In this document: one piece after another, positions 20,165 through 29,722 of the stretch
Layout of the letters: the number at the start of each line of letters is the position of its first letter
Position numbering within the stretch: position 1 is the stretch's first letter
Assembly: GCA_037443945.1 (NCBI GenBank)
Contig: JBBINH010000002.1
Coordinates: 33,644-97,643 of the forward strand
Length of the DNA: 64,000 nt
Direction: 5' to 3'
Origin: Caldilineales bacterium
GTDB taxonomy: Bacteria; Chloroflexota; Anaerolineae; J102
Made by a program: the position numbers and the translations under genes
Notes under the pieces: generated by a model
What the model was told of the DNA's origin: nothing
What the model saw: only the letters and a program-made list of their open reading frames with translations
Database searches by the model: none

Positions 20165-21699
20165 GCCTTCTCGCGCACAAACGTGGGCAAAACGAACGGT
20201 GGCGGGGCGGTTGTGCGACCCAGGTGGACATCGAGGGCATGGGCCAGGGCAACGCGATCGTCCCAGGGATATTCGGTGGTGCCGAAACACATGGATTGTT
20301 CATGGCCCTTGCCACAGACGATGACCAGATCGCCCGGTTGCGCCTGCGCAATGGCCAGTTGGATCGCCCGATAGCGGTCGGGTTCGGCCAGAACCCGGCC
20401 ACCGACCTCACGACAAGCCGTCATGGTGGCGGCCATGATGGTTTCCAGCGGTTCGGTGCGGGGATCTTCGGCCGTGACGATGGTCAGATCGGCCAACCGA
20501 CCGGCCACCTGGCCCATCAGGGTACGCTTGGCCACATCGCGACGTCCGGCCGAACCGAAGACGAGGATGACGCGGCCCTGGGTCAGGGTGCGGGCCGTGC
20601 GCAAGGCGGCTTCCAGGGCAAAGGGCGTGTGGGCAAAATCCACAATGGCCGTGAAGGGTTGTCCGCGGTCGATCCGCTCCATGCGCCCCGGAATGGCCCG
20701 CATGGCGGCGATACCGGCGACGATGGCCTCATCGGGCAGGTCCAGGAACGAGGCCACGCCGGCGGCGGCCAGGCAATTGTAGACGTTGAACAGCCCGACC
20801 AGGGGCGTGCTGATCTCCAGTTCGGGCCGTCCGGGACGGCGCAATCGGAAATGCATCCCGTCGGGTAAGGCACGGATGGCCACGGCCCGCAGATCGCCGG
20901 CCTCCAGGCCATAGGTCAGTCGTTGCGGCGCCGGATAGTTCCGAAGCCGGGCAAAGGAACGGTCATCAGCATTGAGGACGACCCCGCGGGGAAGACCGGG
21001 TTTGACCGGGGTGGCCGCGACCAGTTCCAGCAGTCGGCCTTTAGCAGCCAGATAGCCCTCGTAATCGCCGTGCTCGTCCAAATGCTCGTGGGTGATATTG
21101 GTGACAACGGCAATGTCGTAATCCACGCCGGCCACACGCCACTGGCTGAGACCGTGCGAGGTTGTCTCCAGGATGCCCCAATCGCTCCCGGCCGCGACCA
21201 TCAGTCGCAGATAACGCTGCAGGTCGGCCGCGTCGGGGGTGGTCGTGTGCAAGCCGGTGTCGAACGTGCGGTCGCCGATGCGGGCATTGACCGTGGTCAG
21301 CAGGCCCGCCCTCAGGCCGGCAGCCGTGAGGATGCTGTGGATGAGGTTGGAGGTTGTGGTCTTGCCATCGGTGCCGGTGACGCCGATCACGCCCAACCGT
21401 CGGGACGGGAAGCCTTCCCAGGCGGCACAAAGCAGGCCCAAGGCGCGGCGCCCTTCGGCAACGCGCAGGTAGGGCACACCGAGGTTCAGGTCTCGTTCGC
21501 CGACAACGGCCACGGCGCCGGCGGCGAGGGCCTGCGGGATAAAATCATGCCCGTCGTGCGTCACCCCGCGATAGGCGACGAAGAGAGCGCCCGGTTGCAC
21601 CTGCCGCGAATTGGCCGTGATTTGGGTGATAGGCAGGTCGGGTCGATCGCAGGGAAGGCCAAGTACAGCCGCCAAAGAACCGAGGGTATGGCTTATCAT
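20161..21699 (-). CDS. murE: UDP-N-acetylmuramoyl-L-alanyl-D-glutamate--2,6-diaminopimelate ligase
   Basis: Mur ligase motifs are present (GVTGTDGKTTT, DYDIAVVTNITHEHLDEHG). A DNPR-like motif (EDPR) is C-terminal. The start is set at MISHTLGSLAA. Confidence 0.9.
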   Translation of the reverse strand: MISHTLGSLAAVLGLPCDRPDLPITQITANSRQVQPGALFVAYRGVTHDGHDFIPQALAAGAVAVVGERDLNLGVPYLRVAEGRRALGLLCAAWEGFPSRRLGVIGVTGTDGKTTTSNLIHSILTAAGLRAGLLTTVNARIGDRTFDTGLHTTTPDAADLQRYLRLMVAAGSDWGILETTSHGLSQWRVAGVDYDIAVVTNITHEHLDEHGDYEGYLAAKGRLLELVAATPVKPGLPRGVVLNADDRSFARLRNYPAPQRLTYGLEAGDLRAVAIRALPDGMHFRLRRPGRPELEISTPLVGLFNVYNCLAAAGVASFLDLPDEAIVAGIAAMRAIPGRMERIDRGQPFTAIVDFAHTPFALEAALRTARTLTQGRVILVFGSAGRRDVAKRTLMGQVAGRLADLTIVTAEDPRTEPLETIMAATMTACREVGGRVLAEPDRYRAIQLAIAQAQPGDLVIVCGKGHEQSMCFGTTEYPWDDRVALAHALDVHLGRTTAPPPFVLPTFVREKA

Positions 21700-21736
21700 G
21701 GTCTTTTTCCCCGGAAAGCCGCAAAACTGCGCGTTC

Positions 21737-21943
21737 TCAAAAACCGAAGCGGAACCAATCGGTATTGAACAGGATACCGCACAACAGGGTGAGAAAAACA
21801 CACAGCAGCAGAAATCCACAACCACAGCCGCTGATGGAGCAGCCCCGGCCAAAGCCGAAGTTGTCCTGCAACCAGTCGAACAACCAGGCCAGGGCGATGA
21901 TCTCCAGCAACCCGGTCAGACAGCCTTGATCGCGTCGGTCCAT
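21737..21943 (-). CDS. possible small Cys-rich hydrophobic peptide (68 aa), hypothetical
   Basis: An ORF in the 287-nt gap upstream of murE, in the same orientation. It contains 'GCSISGCGCGFLLLCVFLTLLCGILF'. I found no SD or homology, so this is weakly supported. Confidence 0.25.
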   Translation of the reverse strand: MDRRDQGCLTGLLEIIALAWLFDWLQDNFGFGRGCSISGCGCGFLLLCVFLTLLCGILFNTDWFRFGF

Positions 21944-21985
21944 AGGAGTACGTAGGGGATGTTGAAAGGAGAAGGGCAGGCGATA

Positions 21986-24499
21986 TCAAACGTTCTCGAT
22001 CAGGCTTTGCAGCCATTGCTTTTGTTTGCTCATCAGTTCGGCTGCTTCGGCCGGGGTCTGCGCCTCGACCACCACGTGCAAGAGCGCGCGATCGGGATCG
22101 GGACGGATGAGGGCCCAGTGATTGGCGTCGAAGAAGAGCTTGACACCGTCAACGGTCGAGGCCGTCAGCCATTCGGCCCGTTCGTTGGCCTGGCGCATGA
22201 CCCGGCCTTTGGCCTCCCACAGACAGGGGATGGTTTCGTGCAGCCAGACAAAGCGCGGCAGGGCATCCACCACTTCGCTCAGCGTGACCTGATGATGGGC
22301 CAGGTATTGCAACAGACGACCCAAGGCGAACAGACCGTCGGGCACGGGGTGCAGGACAGGGAAGATGAAATGACCGCTGCCGTCTATGGCCAGAGCGGCT
22401 TTGTGCTCGTTGGCCGTGGTCATCAAGGCCTGCGTATCCACTTTGGTGCGCACCAGACTGCCGCCATAACGGGCGGCCAGGTGATCCAAGATGGCGGGCA
22501 TGTCGATCGTAGCGGCAATGACGGCGTGGGGTTGCTCGCGCCAGACCAAATCGGCCATGGCGGCAGCCGCAAGCAGGGGATTCAGGACGCGACCTTGTTC
22601 GTCCACAAAGAAGACCTGGCTGCCGCTCACATCCAGGCGGGCCCCCAAGTTCAGACCCATAGCCTGCACGATTTTGCCCAGCCGTTCCATGCCGAGCTGC
22701 CATGCGTGCGGCGAGAGGGCCAACAGGTTGGGATCCGGCCGTTCGTTGAGGCCGACCACCTCCACGCCCAGTCGGCCCAGCAGTGGCTCCAGCACATCCA
22801 CGGTCGTGGCATGGGCATAATCGACGGCAATGGTCAGGTTGGCCTGACGGATCCGATCGGGGGTCAGGGCCTGCAGAAACGCTTCGCTGTAACGCTGCTC
22901 CACATCGGCCACATAGTCAATGGCTCCGATGTCGTCCGACTGGACGCGACGGAAGTCCTCGCGGAAAAACAGCCATTCGATTTCGCGCTCTGTTGTGCGG
23001 TCCAGATTGAGACCATCGGCTCCGATGAAGCGGATGTCCACCACCCGGCGGTCAAAGGGGGAGATGCGAACATGAACCCCGGCCACGGCCTCGGAAAAGC
23101 GGGTGAGAAAACGGGCTACCGGCATCGGTTGCGTGCGCAGGTCCCACACCTGCACCCCGGCAGCCGGCAATCCGGAGATGATGGCCCGTTTGAGCATGCG
23201 TGAGCTGGGATGGGGATCGCGATTGATGGTGACGATGCTGCCTTTGGGCAAAATGCTACCGAAGGCAACGCCTAGCTTGGCGGCAAATTCGGGGGTCAAA
23301 TCCACGTTGACCACCCCGGAAACGCCGAAACGACTGAACAACACGCGCCGACCGCGCGTGCCCCAAACGATGCTCTCGCGCACAAGCGCGCCGGGGTCGA
23401 CCTCTTTCCCCGGCCACAGCTTCACATTCGTGAACAGAATCGCATCCTCGCCGATGACACAGCGGTCGCCGATGACCACCCCCTCCTGGACGACAGAACG
23501 CGCCTTGAAGACGCATTGCCGACTGACCAGAGCGCCGTGGATTTGGGCGCCTTCGCCTACATAACAACCGCGCCACATCACCGTCTGCGAGAGCTGGGCA
23601 TGGCGGTCGATGACGGTATCATCGCGGATAACGGCCGGACCCTGGATCACGGCACCACTCTTGATCTGGACGTTGTTGCCCAGATAGACCGGTCCGACGA
23701 CCTGAGCATCGGGGGCAATCACGACGTTGTCCCCGACCCAGATATCGTCGGCGAGGGCTTTACCCAGGGGTTCATGCTCCATCCGATGCCGCAAGACGTC
23801 GGCATTGGCTTGCAGATAGGCAGCCGGAGTACCGATATCGCACCAGTATCCCTCCACCGGTAGGCCGTAAAGGGGACGTTGCGCGGCCAGCAACTGCGGG
23901 AAGAGGTCGCGGCTAAAGTCATACGGTTCGTTTTTTGGTACCTTGGCCAGCACACGGCTTTCGAGGACGTATATGCCGGTATTGACCAGATCGCTCACCA
24001 CATCGGCCCAGCCCGGCTTTTCGATAAACTGGGCGATACGGCCATCGGGTTCGGTGATGACCATACCGTATTCCAACGGGTTGGAACTGCGATGGAGCGC
24101 TACGGTAACCTCGGCGCCTCGTTGGCGATGGAACTCGATGAGGGGTTGCAAAACGATGTCGGTGGCCGCATCGCCGCTAACGACGACTACCGTCTCATCG
24201 GCGGCGAGATGACCGGAGGCATAGGCCAGGGCTACCCCCCCGGCAGTGCCTAAGGGCGTGTCTTCGATTTGATACTCGATGGTCACGCCTAGACTGCCGC
24301 TGTTGAGAAGGTAGTTTTGAAACCATTCCGCCTGGTGCTGAAGGGTAATGATGATTTCGTAAATGCCGTTTCGTTTCAACCAATCGATAATGTGGGCAAT
24401 GATCGGTTTGTTGACCAAAGGCAAAAGCGGTTTAGGACGATTGATCGTCAGGGGACGCAGGCGTGAGCCCTGGCCACCGGCCATCACAATAGCTTTCAT
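21986..24499 (-). CDS. bifunctional sugar-1-phosphate nucleotidylyltransferase / phosphohexomutase-like fusion protein
   Basis: The N-terminus 'MKAIVMAGGQGSRLRPLT' is an NTP-transferase. A left-handed beta-helix hexapeptide region follows. The C-terminal ~450 aa align to phosphomannomutase/phosphoglucomutase domains, but with 'HVRISPFD' where TASHNP is expected. The start is set at MKAIV (24499). Confidence 0.8.
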   Translation of the reverse strand: MKAIVMAGGQGSRLRPLTINRPKPLLPLVNKPIIAHIIDWLKRNGIYEIIITLQHQAEWFQNYLLNSGSLGVTIEYQIEDTPLGTAGGVALAYASGHLAADETVVVVSGDAATDIVLQPLIEFHRQRGAEVTVALHRSSNPLEYGMVITEPDGRIAQFIEKPGWADVVSDLVNTGIYVLESRVLAKVPKNEPYDFSRDLFPQLLAAQRPLYGLPVEGYWCDIGTPAAYLQANADVLRHRMEHEPLGKALADDIWVGDNVVIAPDAQVVGPVYLGNNVQIKSGAVIQGPAVIRDDTVIDRHAQLSQTVMWRGCYVGEGAQIHGALVSRQCVFKARSVVQEGVVIGDRCVIGEDAILFTNVKLWPGKEVDPGALVRESIVWGTRGRRVLFSRFGVSGVVNVDLTPEFAAKLGVAFGSILPKGSIVTINRDPHPSSRMLKRAIISGLPAAGVQVWDLRTQPMPVARFLTRFSEAVAGVHVRISPFDRRVVDIRFIGADGLNLDRTTEREIEWLFFREDFRRVQSDDIGAIDYVADVEQRYSEAFLQALTPDRIRQANLTIAVDYAHATTVDVLEPLLGRLGVEVVGLNERPDPNLLALSPHAWQLGMERLGKIVQAMGLNLGARLDVSGSQVFFVDEQGRVLNPLLAAAAMADLVWREQPHAVIAATIDMPAILDHLAARYGGSLVRTKVDTQALMTTANEHKAALAIDGSGHFIFPVLHPVPDGLFALGRLLQYLAHHQVTLSEVVDALPRFVWLHETIPCLWEAKGRVMRQANERAEWLTASTVDGVKLFFDANHWALIRPDPDRALLHVVVEAQTPAEAAELMSKQKQWLQSLIENV

Positions 24500-24950
24500 A
24501 AGGATCGATTTCCAGGGGAGGAGCAGATCAACAAGAGAGGGGCAAGGGATTTCTCGTCGGGTTATGGGAGTGGGCGACACTGCAAGCATAACACAAAACC
24601 GACCCGATCCCCGGAACGCACAGGGCGCGGTCGCGCCGAGGCGCTTTTTCTGTCGCAATCGGTCCGGTGTCGAAGTCCGAGGGAGCGCCTCGCAGGCCGA
24701 ACCGTGCGGATGCTTCTGTCGAGAAGACGGTTAGAAGCGACGACGCCTTTCATCCGGTGGGTTAAGGCTTGGCTCTCTTCTGTTCTCTGTGATACAAGTG
24801 CCCTGCTTCCTGCCGTGCGCAGGGAAAACGGCCTTCCCTCAGGAATCCCACGACCGCTTTGAACAGCCTGACCCCAACCGGACTCCGGGTCTACCGTCTC
24901 ACCCGCAAGGCCGGAGGTCGGGGCGTTCTTTCGTATGACGAGGATCATGT

Positions 24951-26402
24951 ATGAGCATTCAATTCGGTACGGACGGTTGGCGCGCCGTCATCAGCGATGA
25001 ATTCACCTTTGCCAATGTGCGACGGGTGGCTCAGGCCATTGCCGACTGGGTTCAGATCGAAGCCGAACGGCGTTCCTGGGATGGACGCCCGCTCGTGGTG
25101 GTAGGCTTCGACACTCGGTTTTTGTCCGACCGCTATGCGGCTGCCGTGGCCGAAGTCCTGGCCGGCAACGCCATCGGCGTCCTGCTATGCCGGCATTTTG
25201 CTCCCACCCCGGCCGTCTCCTACGCTATCGTGGCCCACCAGGCCATCGGCGGCGTCATGATTACGGCCAGCCATAACGCGCCACGCTACAACGGCATCAA
25301 GCTCAAGGCCGCTTACGGCGGTTCGGCCGGTTCGGCCGATGCCCGTCGGGTGGAGGCTCTGTTGGCGGCCCAGGAGCGTGAGGGCCGCAAACCGCGGGTG
25401 TTGGCTTTGACGACGGCCGAACAGCAGGGTTTAGTCGAGCGTTTTGATCCCTACCCCGCCTACGCCGATCACGTGCGTCGCCTGGTCGATCTGCAAGCCA
25501 TAGCACGCGCCCGGCTGCGTCTGGTTGTGGATGCCATGTACGGCGCCGGGATGGGCTACACCGACCGTCTGTTGGCCGAGGTCGGCATCGAACCCTTACG
25601 GTTACACCACGAGCTCAATCCCGGTTTCGGCGGTTTGCATCCTGAACCTATCGCCCGCCATCTGCACGCGCTATGCAGTTGCATGGGAAACGGCAAGTTT
25701 GATTTGGGTCTGGCGACCGACGGGGATGCCGACCGTATCGGCGCTGTGGGACCCAACGGCCGTTTTGTGGATCCCCATCGCATTATGGCCCTCGTTCTCG
25801 ATGACATGCTCCGGCGCGGGCAGCGAGGAGACGTGGTCAAGACGGTCAGCACGACGCAAATGCTCAATCTCTTGGCCGAACCCTACGGTTTGACCGTGCA
25901 CGAAACCCCGGTTGGTTTCAATCATATCTCCGAGCTGATGCTGAAGGGCGATGTCCTTATCGGCGGTGAGGAATCCGGGGGCATTTCCGTGCGGCATCAC
26001 ATTCCCGAAGGGGATGGTGTGCTGATGGGGCTGCTGCTGGCCGAGATCGTGGCCCGTAACGGCGGTGACATCCAGGCCCTGATCGGGGCGATCATGGCAC
26101 GGGTAGGCCGTTTTGTCTACGCCCGCCACGATTATCGCGTGCAGCCCTTTGCCAAGACCGAACTGATTCAGCGCTTGATCGCCACCGCACCGACTCGATT
26201 AGCCGATCACGAGGTGGTCGGTTTGAACGCGCGGGATGGGGTCAAATACGTGCTCGATGATCAGAGCTGGCTGCTCATCCGACCTTCGGGCACCGAGCCC
26301 GTGCTGCGGGTGTATGCCGAAGCACGCGATGAGGAGGAGCTGCAGCAGCTGCTGAGCGAAGGCACCCGCCTAACCGGCTATTCGGACGCCGACCTGACCT
26401 GA
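24951..26402 (+). CDS. phosphoglucomutase/phosphomannomutase (alpha-D-phosphohexomutase)
   Basis: The canonical active-site loop TASHNAPRYNG, the metal-binding DGDADR and the GEESGG sugar-binding loop are present. Confidence 0.9.
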   Translation: MSIQFGTDGWRAVISDEFTFANVRRVAQAIADWVQIEAERRSWDGRPLVVVGFDTRFLSDRYAAAVAEVLAGNAIGVLLCRHFAPTPAVSYAIVAHQAIGGVMITASHNAPRYNGIKLKAAYGGSAGSADARRVEALLAAQEREGRKPRVLALTTAEQQGLVERFDPYPAYADHVRRLVDLQAIARARLRLVVDAMYGAGMGYTDRLLAEVGIEPLRLHHELNPGFGGLHPEPIARHLHALCSCMGNGKFDLGLATDGDADRIGAVGPNGRFVDPHRIMALVLDDMLRRGQRGDVVKTVSTTQMLNLLAEPYGLTVHETPVGFNHISELMLKGDVLIGGEESGGISVRHHIPEGDGVLMGLLLAEIVARNGGDIQALIGAIMARVGRFVYARHDYRVQPFAKTELIQRLIATAPTRLADHEVVGLNARDGVKYVLDDQSWLLIRPSGTEPVLRVYAEARDEEELQQLLSEGTRLTGYSDADLT

Positions 26403-26662
26403 ACCGCGCACAGAGCGATCCGGCCAAAAACGGAAAAAACGGATGGCATGGTGGGCAGTGCCGGACAATCCGCTTGTCCCTATCCTGTTTTGCTGCTGCG
26501 GAGCCGATAATGGGAGGGGATGGTTTGTTGGCATCACGGACATTGCATGCCTATGGGTATGGACTTGTCCTGAGTCTCTTTGCCATCTATCCCGACCAAT
26601 CCGCACGGTTGTCCGGATTGCGCGACCGAAGTCAAACTCGATAAATTACGCCTGTTGAGATG

Positions 26663-26691
26663 TTGACAAGTTTTACAAAATGATTGATAAT
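26663..26691 (+). promoter_or_regulatory. sigma70-type promoter (TTGACA-17-GATAAT) for the small low-GC gene
   Basis: TTGACA at 26663-26668, a 17-nt spacer and GATAAT at 26686-26691. It sits in an AT-rich patch about 45 nt upstream of GGAGGA. Confidence 0.6.
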
Positions 26692-26738
26692 AACGAGTGG
26701 TCCCCTCAATACTACTTTGTCGTTCCCGGAGGAAGTTC

Positions 26739-27014
26739 ATGCCCACCTTTGAAAAACTCTCACGCGAAGACATCAGCGATATCCTGGAAGCAAAGCGTCG
26801 CGGGCGGACAAAGTCGCCAAGACAGCGTATCCTCGAACGATACAAGGAACAACTGATGAACCTTGAAGTTGGTGAGGGTATGGAAGTAAGCCTTGAACCC
26901 TCGGATAATCGTCAGACGGTGAAAAACCGGCTTCGTCGTGCGGCTTCCGATCTCGGTTATCAGATCGAGTTCATCCGCTCGCGCAAGGTTATCCGCATTC
27001 ACCGCGTTTCTTGA
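26739..27014 (+). CDS. small basic protein (91 aa), hypothetical
   Basis: A strong SD (GGAGGA) lies 5 nt before the ATG. There is a canonical promoter upstream and a perfect 17-bp hairpin terminator downstream. GC is about 50% against about 65% in the flanks. Sequence: MPTFEKLSREDISDILEAKRRGRTKSPRQRILERYKEQLMNLEVGEGMEVSLEPSDNRQTVKNRLRRAASDLGYQIEFIRSRKVIRIHRVS. Confidence 0.6.
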   Translation: MPTFEKLSREDISDILEAKRRGRTKSPRQRILERYKEQLMNLEVGEGMEVSLEPSDNRQTVKNRLRRAASDLGYQIEFIRSRKVIRIHRVS

Positions 27015-27032
27015 AAACTTGATGGTCGTAGG

Positions 27033-27075
27033 AACACGATCAGCTCCTCAACCGAGGAGCTGATCGTGTTTATGC
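27033..27075. terminator. intrinsic terminator (perfect 17-bp stem, loop AACC) between the small gene (+) and malQ (-)
   Basis: AACACGATCAGCTCCTC-aacc-GAGGAGCTGATCGTGTT is followed by TAT on the + strand. The U-tract is weak on both strands. Confidence 0.6.
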
Positions 27076-27123
27076 CGCTAAAACCATCGTGTAATTCGTT
27101 CAAGCCACCGTTCTACCCGCTAT

Positions 27124-28659
27124 TCAGCGCTGAACGACTCGCGCATGAGGTGAAAGGGGGCGCTCGGCCGGAGGAACGTAATCGCGACCGTACAATTGGG
27201 TCAGCTCGGCCAGACCGCGCTGGATGCCTTCGGTCAATTGTGAGGGGCGAAAACGCCAGGTCCAGTTGCCGCTGGCTGCGGCCGGGGTGTTCATACGGGC
27301 CTCGCTGCCCAGATTCATACAATCCTGGAGGGGGATGATGGCGACCAGCGCCGGCGACATCATGGCCAACCGGATCAGGTCCCAGCTAATGTCATGGCCA
27401 TCGACGCGCAGGTAGCGGCGCACGTAGTCCCGCTCGCGTTCTGGCGCCTTTTCGTACCAGCCCCGGGTGGTGTCGTTGTCATGGGTGCCGGTATAGACCA
27501 CGCAGTTTTTGTCGTAGTTATGGGGCAAAAACGGGTCGCGACCATCACTGCTCCAGGCGAATTGGAGGATTTTCATGCCGGGGAAGCCGTAATGGTCGCG
27601 CAGGGCATAGACCCCCGGATCGGGTTCCCCCAGGTCTTCGGCGATCAGAGGCAGAGCGCCCAAGGCCGCCAGCATCGCATCGAAGAAATGCTGCCGTGGC
27701 CCGTCCACCCACCGTCCGGAGACGGCGGTTTTGGCATCGCCGGGGACTTCCCAGTAGTTATAAAAGCCGCGAAAATGGTCGATGCGGATATAGTCATATA
27801 GACGCAAATTGGCGCGAAATCGCCGGATCCACCAGCTATAGCCATCGTCTGCCATTTTGTGCCAATCGTAGATGGGGTTGCCCCACAATTGACCTGTGGG
27901 TGAGAAGTAGTCGGGTGGCACACCGGCTACAACGGTAGGATGGCCTTCGGCGTCGAAATGGAAGAGGTGACGCTGGCTCCAGGCATCGGCGCTGTCCATG
28001 GCCACGTAGATGGGAATATCGCCGATCAGGGCCACGCGGCGGGCATTGGCATAGGTTTTGAGGGCCAGCCACTGTTCGAAAAACAACCACTGCCGGAACG
28101 CGTGGGCCTCGATCACAAGCCGATGCTCTTGTCGTGCCCGCTCGAGAGCATCGGCATGACGGTCGCGCAGTTCCGGCTCCCATTCGGGCCAGGGCCGTCC
28201 CCCGTGGGCCTCTTTGAGGGCCATGAAGAGGGCAAAATCGTCCAGCCACCAGCTTTCGGCGGCCACGAAGGCCGTGTAGGCGGCCGGTGGCGGTTGTTGT
28301 CGGAAGCGCATGAAGGCCAGGTTGAGGATGTCGTTTTTCCAGGCGATCACGCGCCCGTAGTCCACCCGATCGGCCGGGAAAACAGGCACGGCCAGATCGT
28401 CGAGGGTGAGATAACCGCGCCGAACCAGGTCGAAGAGGTCGAGCAACAGCGGGTTGCCGGCAAAGGCCGAGAAGCACTGATAGGGAGAATCCCCATAGCC
28501 GGTCGGTCCCAGCGGGAGAACCTGCCATAGCTGTTGTTTGGCGCCGACCAGCCAGTCGACAAAGTGATAGGCCGCTTTACCCAGGTCACCGATACCGAAA
28601 GGACCCGGCAGCGATGTGGGGTGAAGGAGAATACCGCTAACGCGCTCGGTGAACATCAA
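27124..28659 (-). CDS. malQ: 4-alpha-glucanotransferase (amylomaltase)
   Basis: N-terminal 'GILLHPTSLPGPFGIGDLG' and the GH77 catalytic region are present. Length is about 510 aa. Confidence 0.9.
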   Translation of the reverse strand: MMFTERVSGILLHPTSLPGPFGIGDLGKAAYHFVDWLVGAKQQLWQVLPLGPTGYGDSPYQCFSAFAGNPLLLDLFDLVRRGYLTLDDLAVPVFPADRVDYGRVIAWKNDILNLAFMRFRQQPPPAAYTAFVAAESWWLDDFALFMALKEAHGGRPWPEWEPELRDRHADALERARQEHRLVIEAHAFRQWLFFEQWLALKTYANARRVALIGDIPIYVAMDSADAWSQRHLFHFDAEGHPTVVAGVPPDYFSPTGQLWGNPIYDWHKMADDGYSWWIRRFRANLRLYDYIRIDHFRGFYNYWEVPGDAKTAVSGRWVDGPRQHFFDAMLAALGALPLIAEDLGEPDPGVYALRDHYGFPGMKILQFAWSSDGRDPFLPHNYDKNCVVYTGTHDNDTTRGWYEKAPERERDYVRRYLRVDGHDISWDLIRLAMMSPALVAIIPLQDCMNLGSEARMNTPAAASGNWTWRFRPSQLTEGIQRGLAELTQLYGRDYVPPAERPLSPHARVVQR

Positions 28660-28681
28660 AGCTCCCTCGGGGAAAACTTGC

Positions 28682-29722
28682 TTAGAGTTTATGAAGAGTC
28701 CGTAACTCGGTGATAAGGCCGGCTACTCCACGCGAAGGCATCGGGGCCGGTCCAAAGGGGTCGGAAATAGGAGCGGCGGGGTCTTCCAGGAGGCGCAGCG
28801 TGTTGAGGATGGCGTGGGGGAGGACTTCCAGGTCATACCCTCCTTCGAGGACGATGACCAGTCGCCCTTGACATAGTTCAGCGGCCAAAGCACATACCTG
28901 GCGTGTCAGAAGGGCATAGCCGGCCAGGCTCAGTTGTTCCATGGCCAGGGGATCGCGCCAGTGCGCATCATAGCCGGCCGATACCAGGATGAGATCAGGC
29001 CGAAAGCGACGGGCAAAGGGCACGAGCAGGCTCGTAAACACCTGTTCGTAGCCCTCATCCCCGACCCCTGGCGGTAAGGGCACGTTCAACGTCGTCCCCT
29101 GTCCGGGACCACGGCCGATGTGATGGGCCGCGCCGGTGCCCGGATAGAAGGGGTATTGATGGGTTGAGAAAAAGGCGACGGTGGGATCGTCGTCAAAAAT
29201 GGCTTCGGTGCCGTTGCCGTGGTGGACGTCCCAATCCACGATCAGCACGCGCTCGATCCCGAATTCCCGCTGCGCTACGCGGGCAGCTACGGCGACATTG
29301 GCGAACAGACAAAAGCCCATGGCCCGTGCGGGCAGGGCGTGGTGTCCTGGCGGCCGCATGAGCGACATCCCGTTGCGCACCTCGCCGGTCAGAACGGTGG
29401 CTACCAGGTTGACGGCAGCGCCCACGGCGGCCAGGGCAGCTTCGTAGGAACCGGCGACGACGTAGGTGTCGGGATCGAGATGACCGCCGCCACTGCGCGC
29501 CAGGCGCGCGACGTGGTCGATGTAAGACCGCGGATGGACGTGTTGTAAGCGTTCCAGACTGACCGGTGTGACCGGAATGGCCCGTAACCGTGTCAGGATG
29601 CCGTCTTGCTGAAGAAGCCGCATCGTGCCGGCCAGACGACGGCGGTTTTCCGGGTGTCCGGCCAGGGTGTGCTGTTGCTCGATAGGGTCATACGCGTAAG
29701 CTGTCGTCACGGATGGGATCAT
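28682..29722 (-). CDS. histone deacetylase-family protein (acetoin utilization AcuC/HDAC-like)
   Basis: 'DWDVHHGNGTE' and 'GGGGY' HDAC motifs are present. The start is set at MIPSVTTAYAYD. Confidence 0.85.
   Translation of the reverse strand: MIPSVTTAYAYDPIEQQHTLAGHPENRRRLAGTMRLLQQDGILTRLRAIPVTPVSLERLQHVHPRSYIDHVARLARSGGGHLDPDTYVVAGSYEAALAAVGAAVNLVATVLTGEVRNGMSLMRPPGHHALPARAMGFCLFANVAVAARVAQREFGIERVLIVDWDVHHGNGTEAIFDDDPTVAFFSTHQYPFYPGTGAAHHIGRGPGQGTTLNVPLPPGVGDEGYEQVFTSLLVPFARRFRPDLILVSAGYDAHWRDPLAMEQLSLAGYALLTRQVCALAAELCQGRLVIVLEGGYDLEVLPHAILNTLRLLEDPAAPISDPFGPAPMPSRGVAGLITELRTLHKL

Noticed and set aside
24500-24658. N-terminal extension of the nucleotidyltransferase fusion (track ORF begins at 24658)
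   Set aside because: The extension (MRQKKRLGATAPCAFRGSGRFCVMLAVSPTPITRREIPCPSLVDLLLPWKSIL) has no homology. The conserved NTP-transferase N-terminus begins at MKAIVMAGG (24499).
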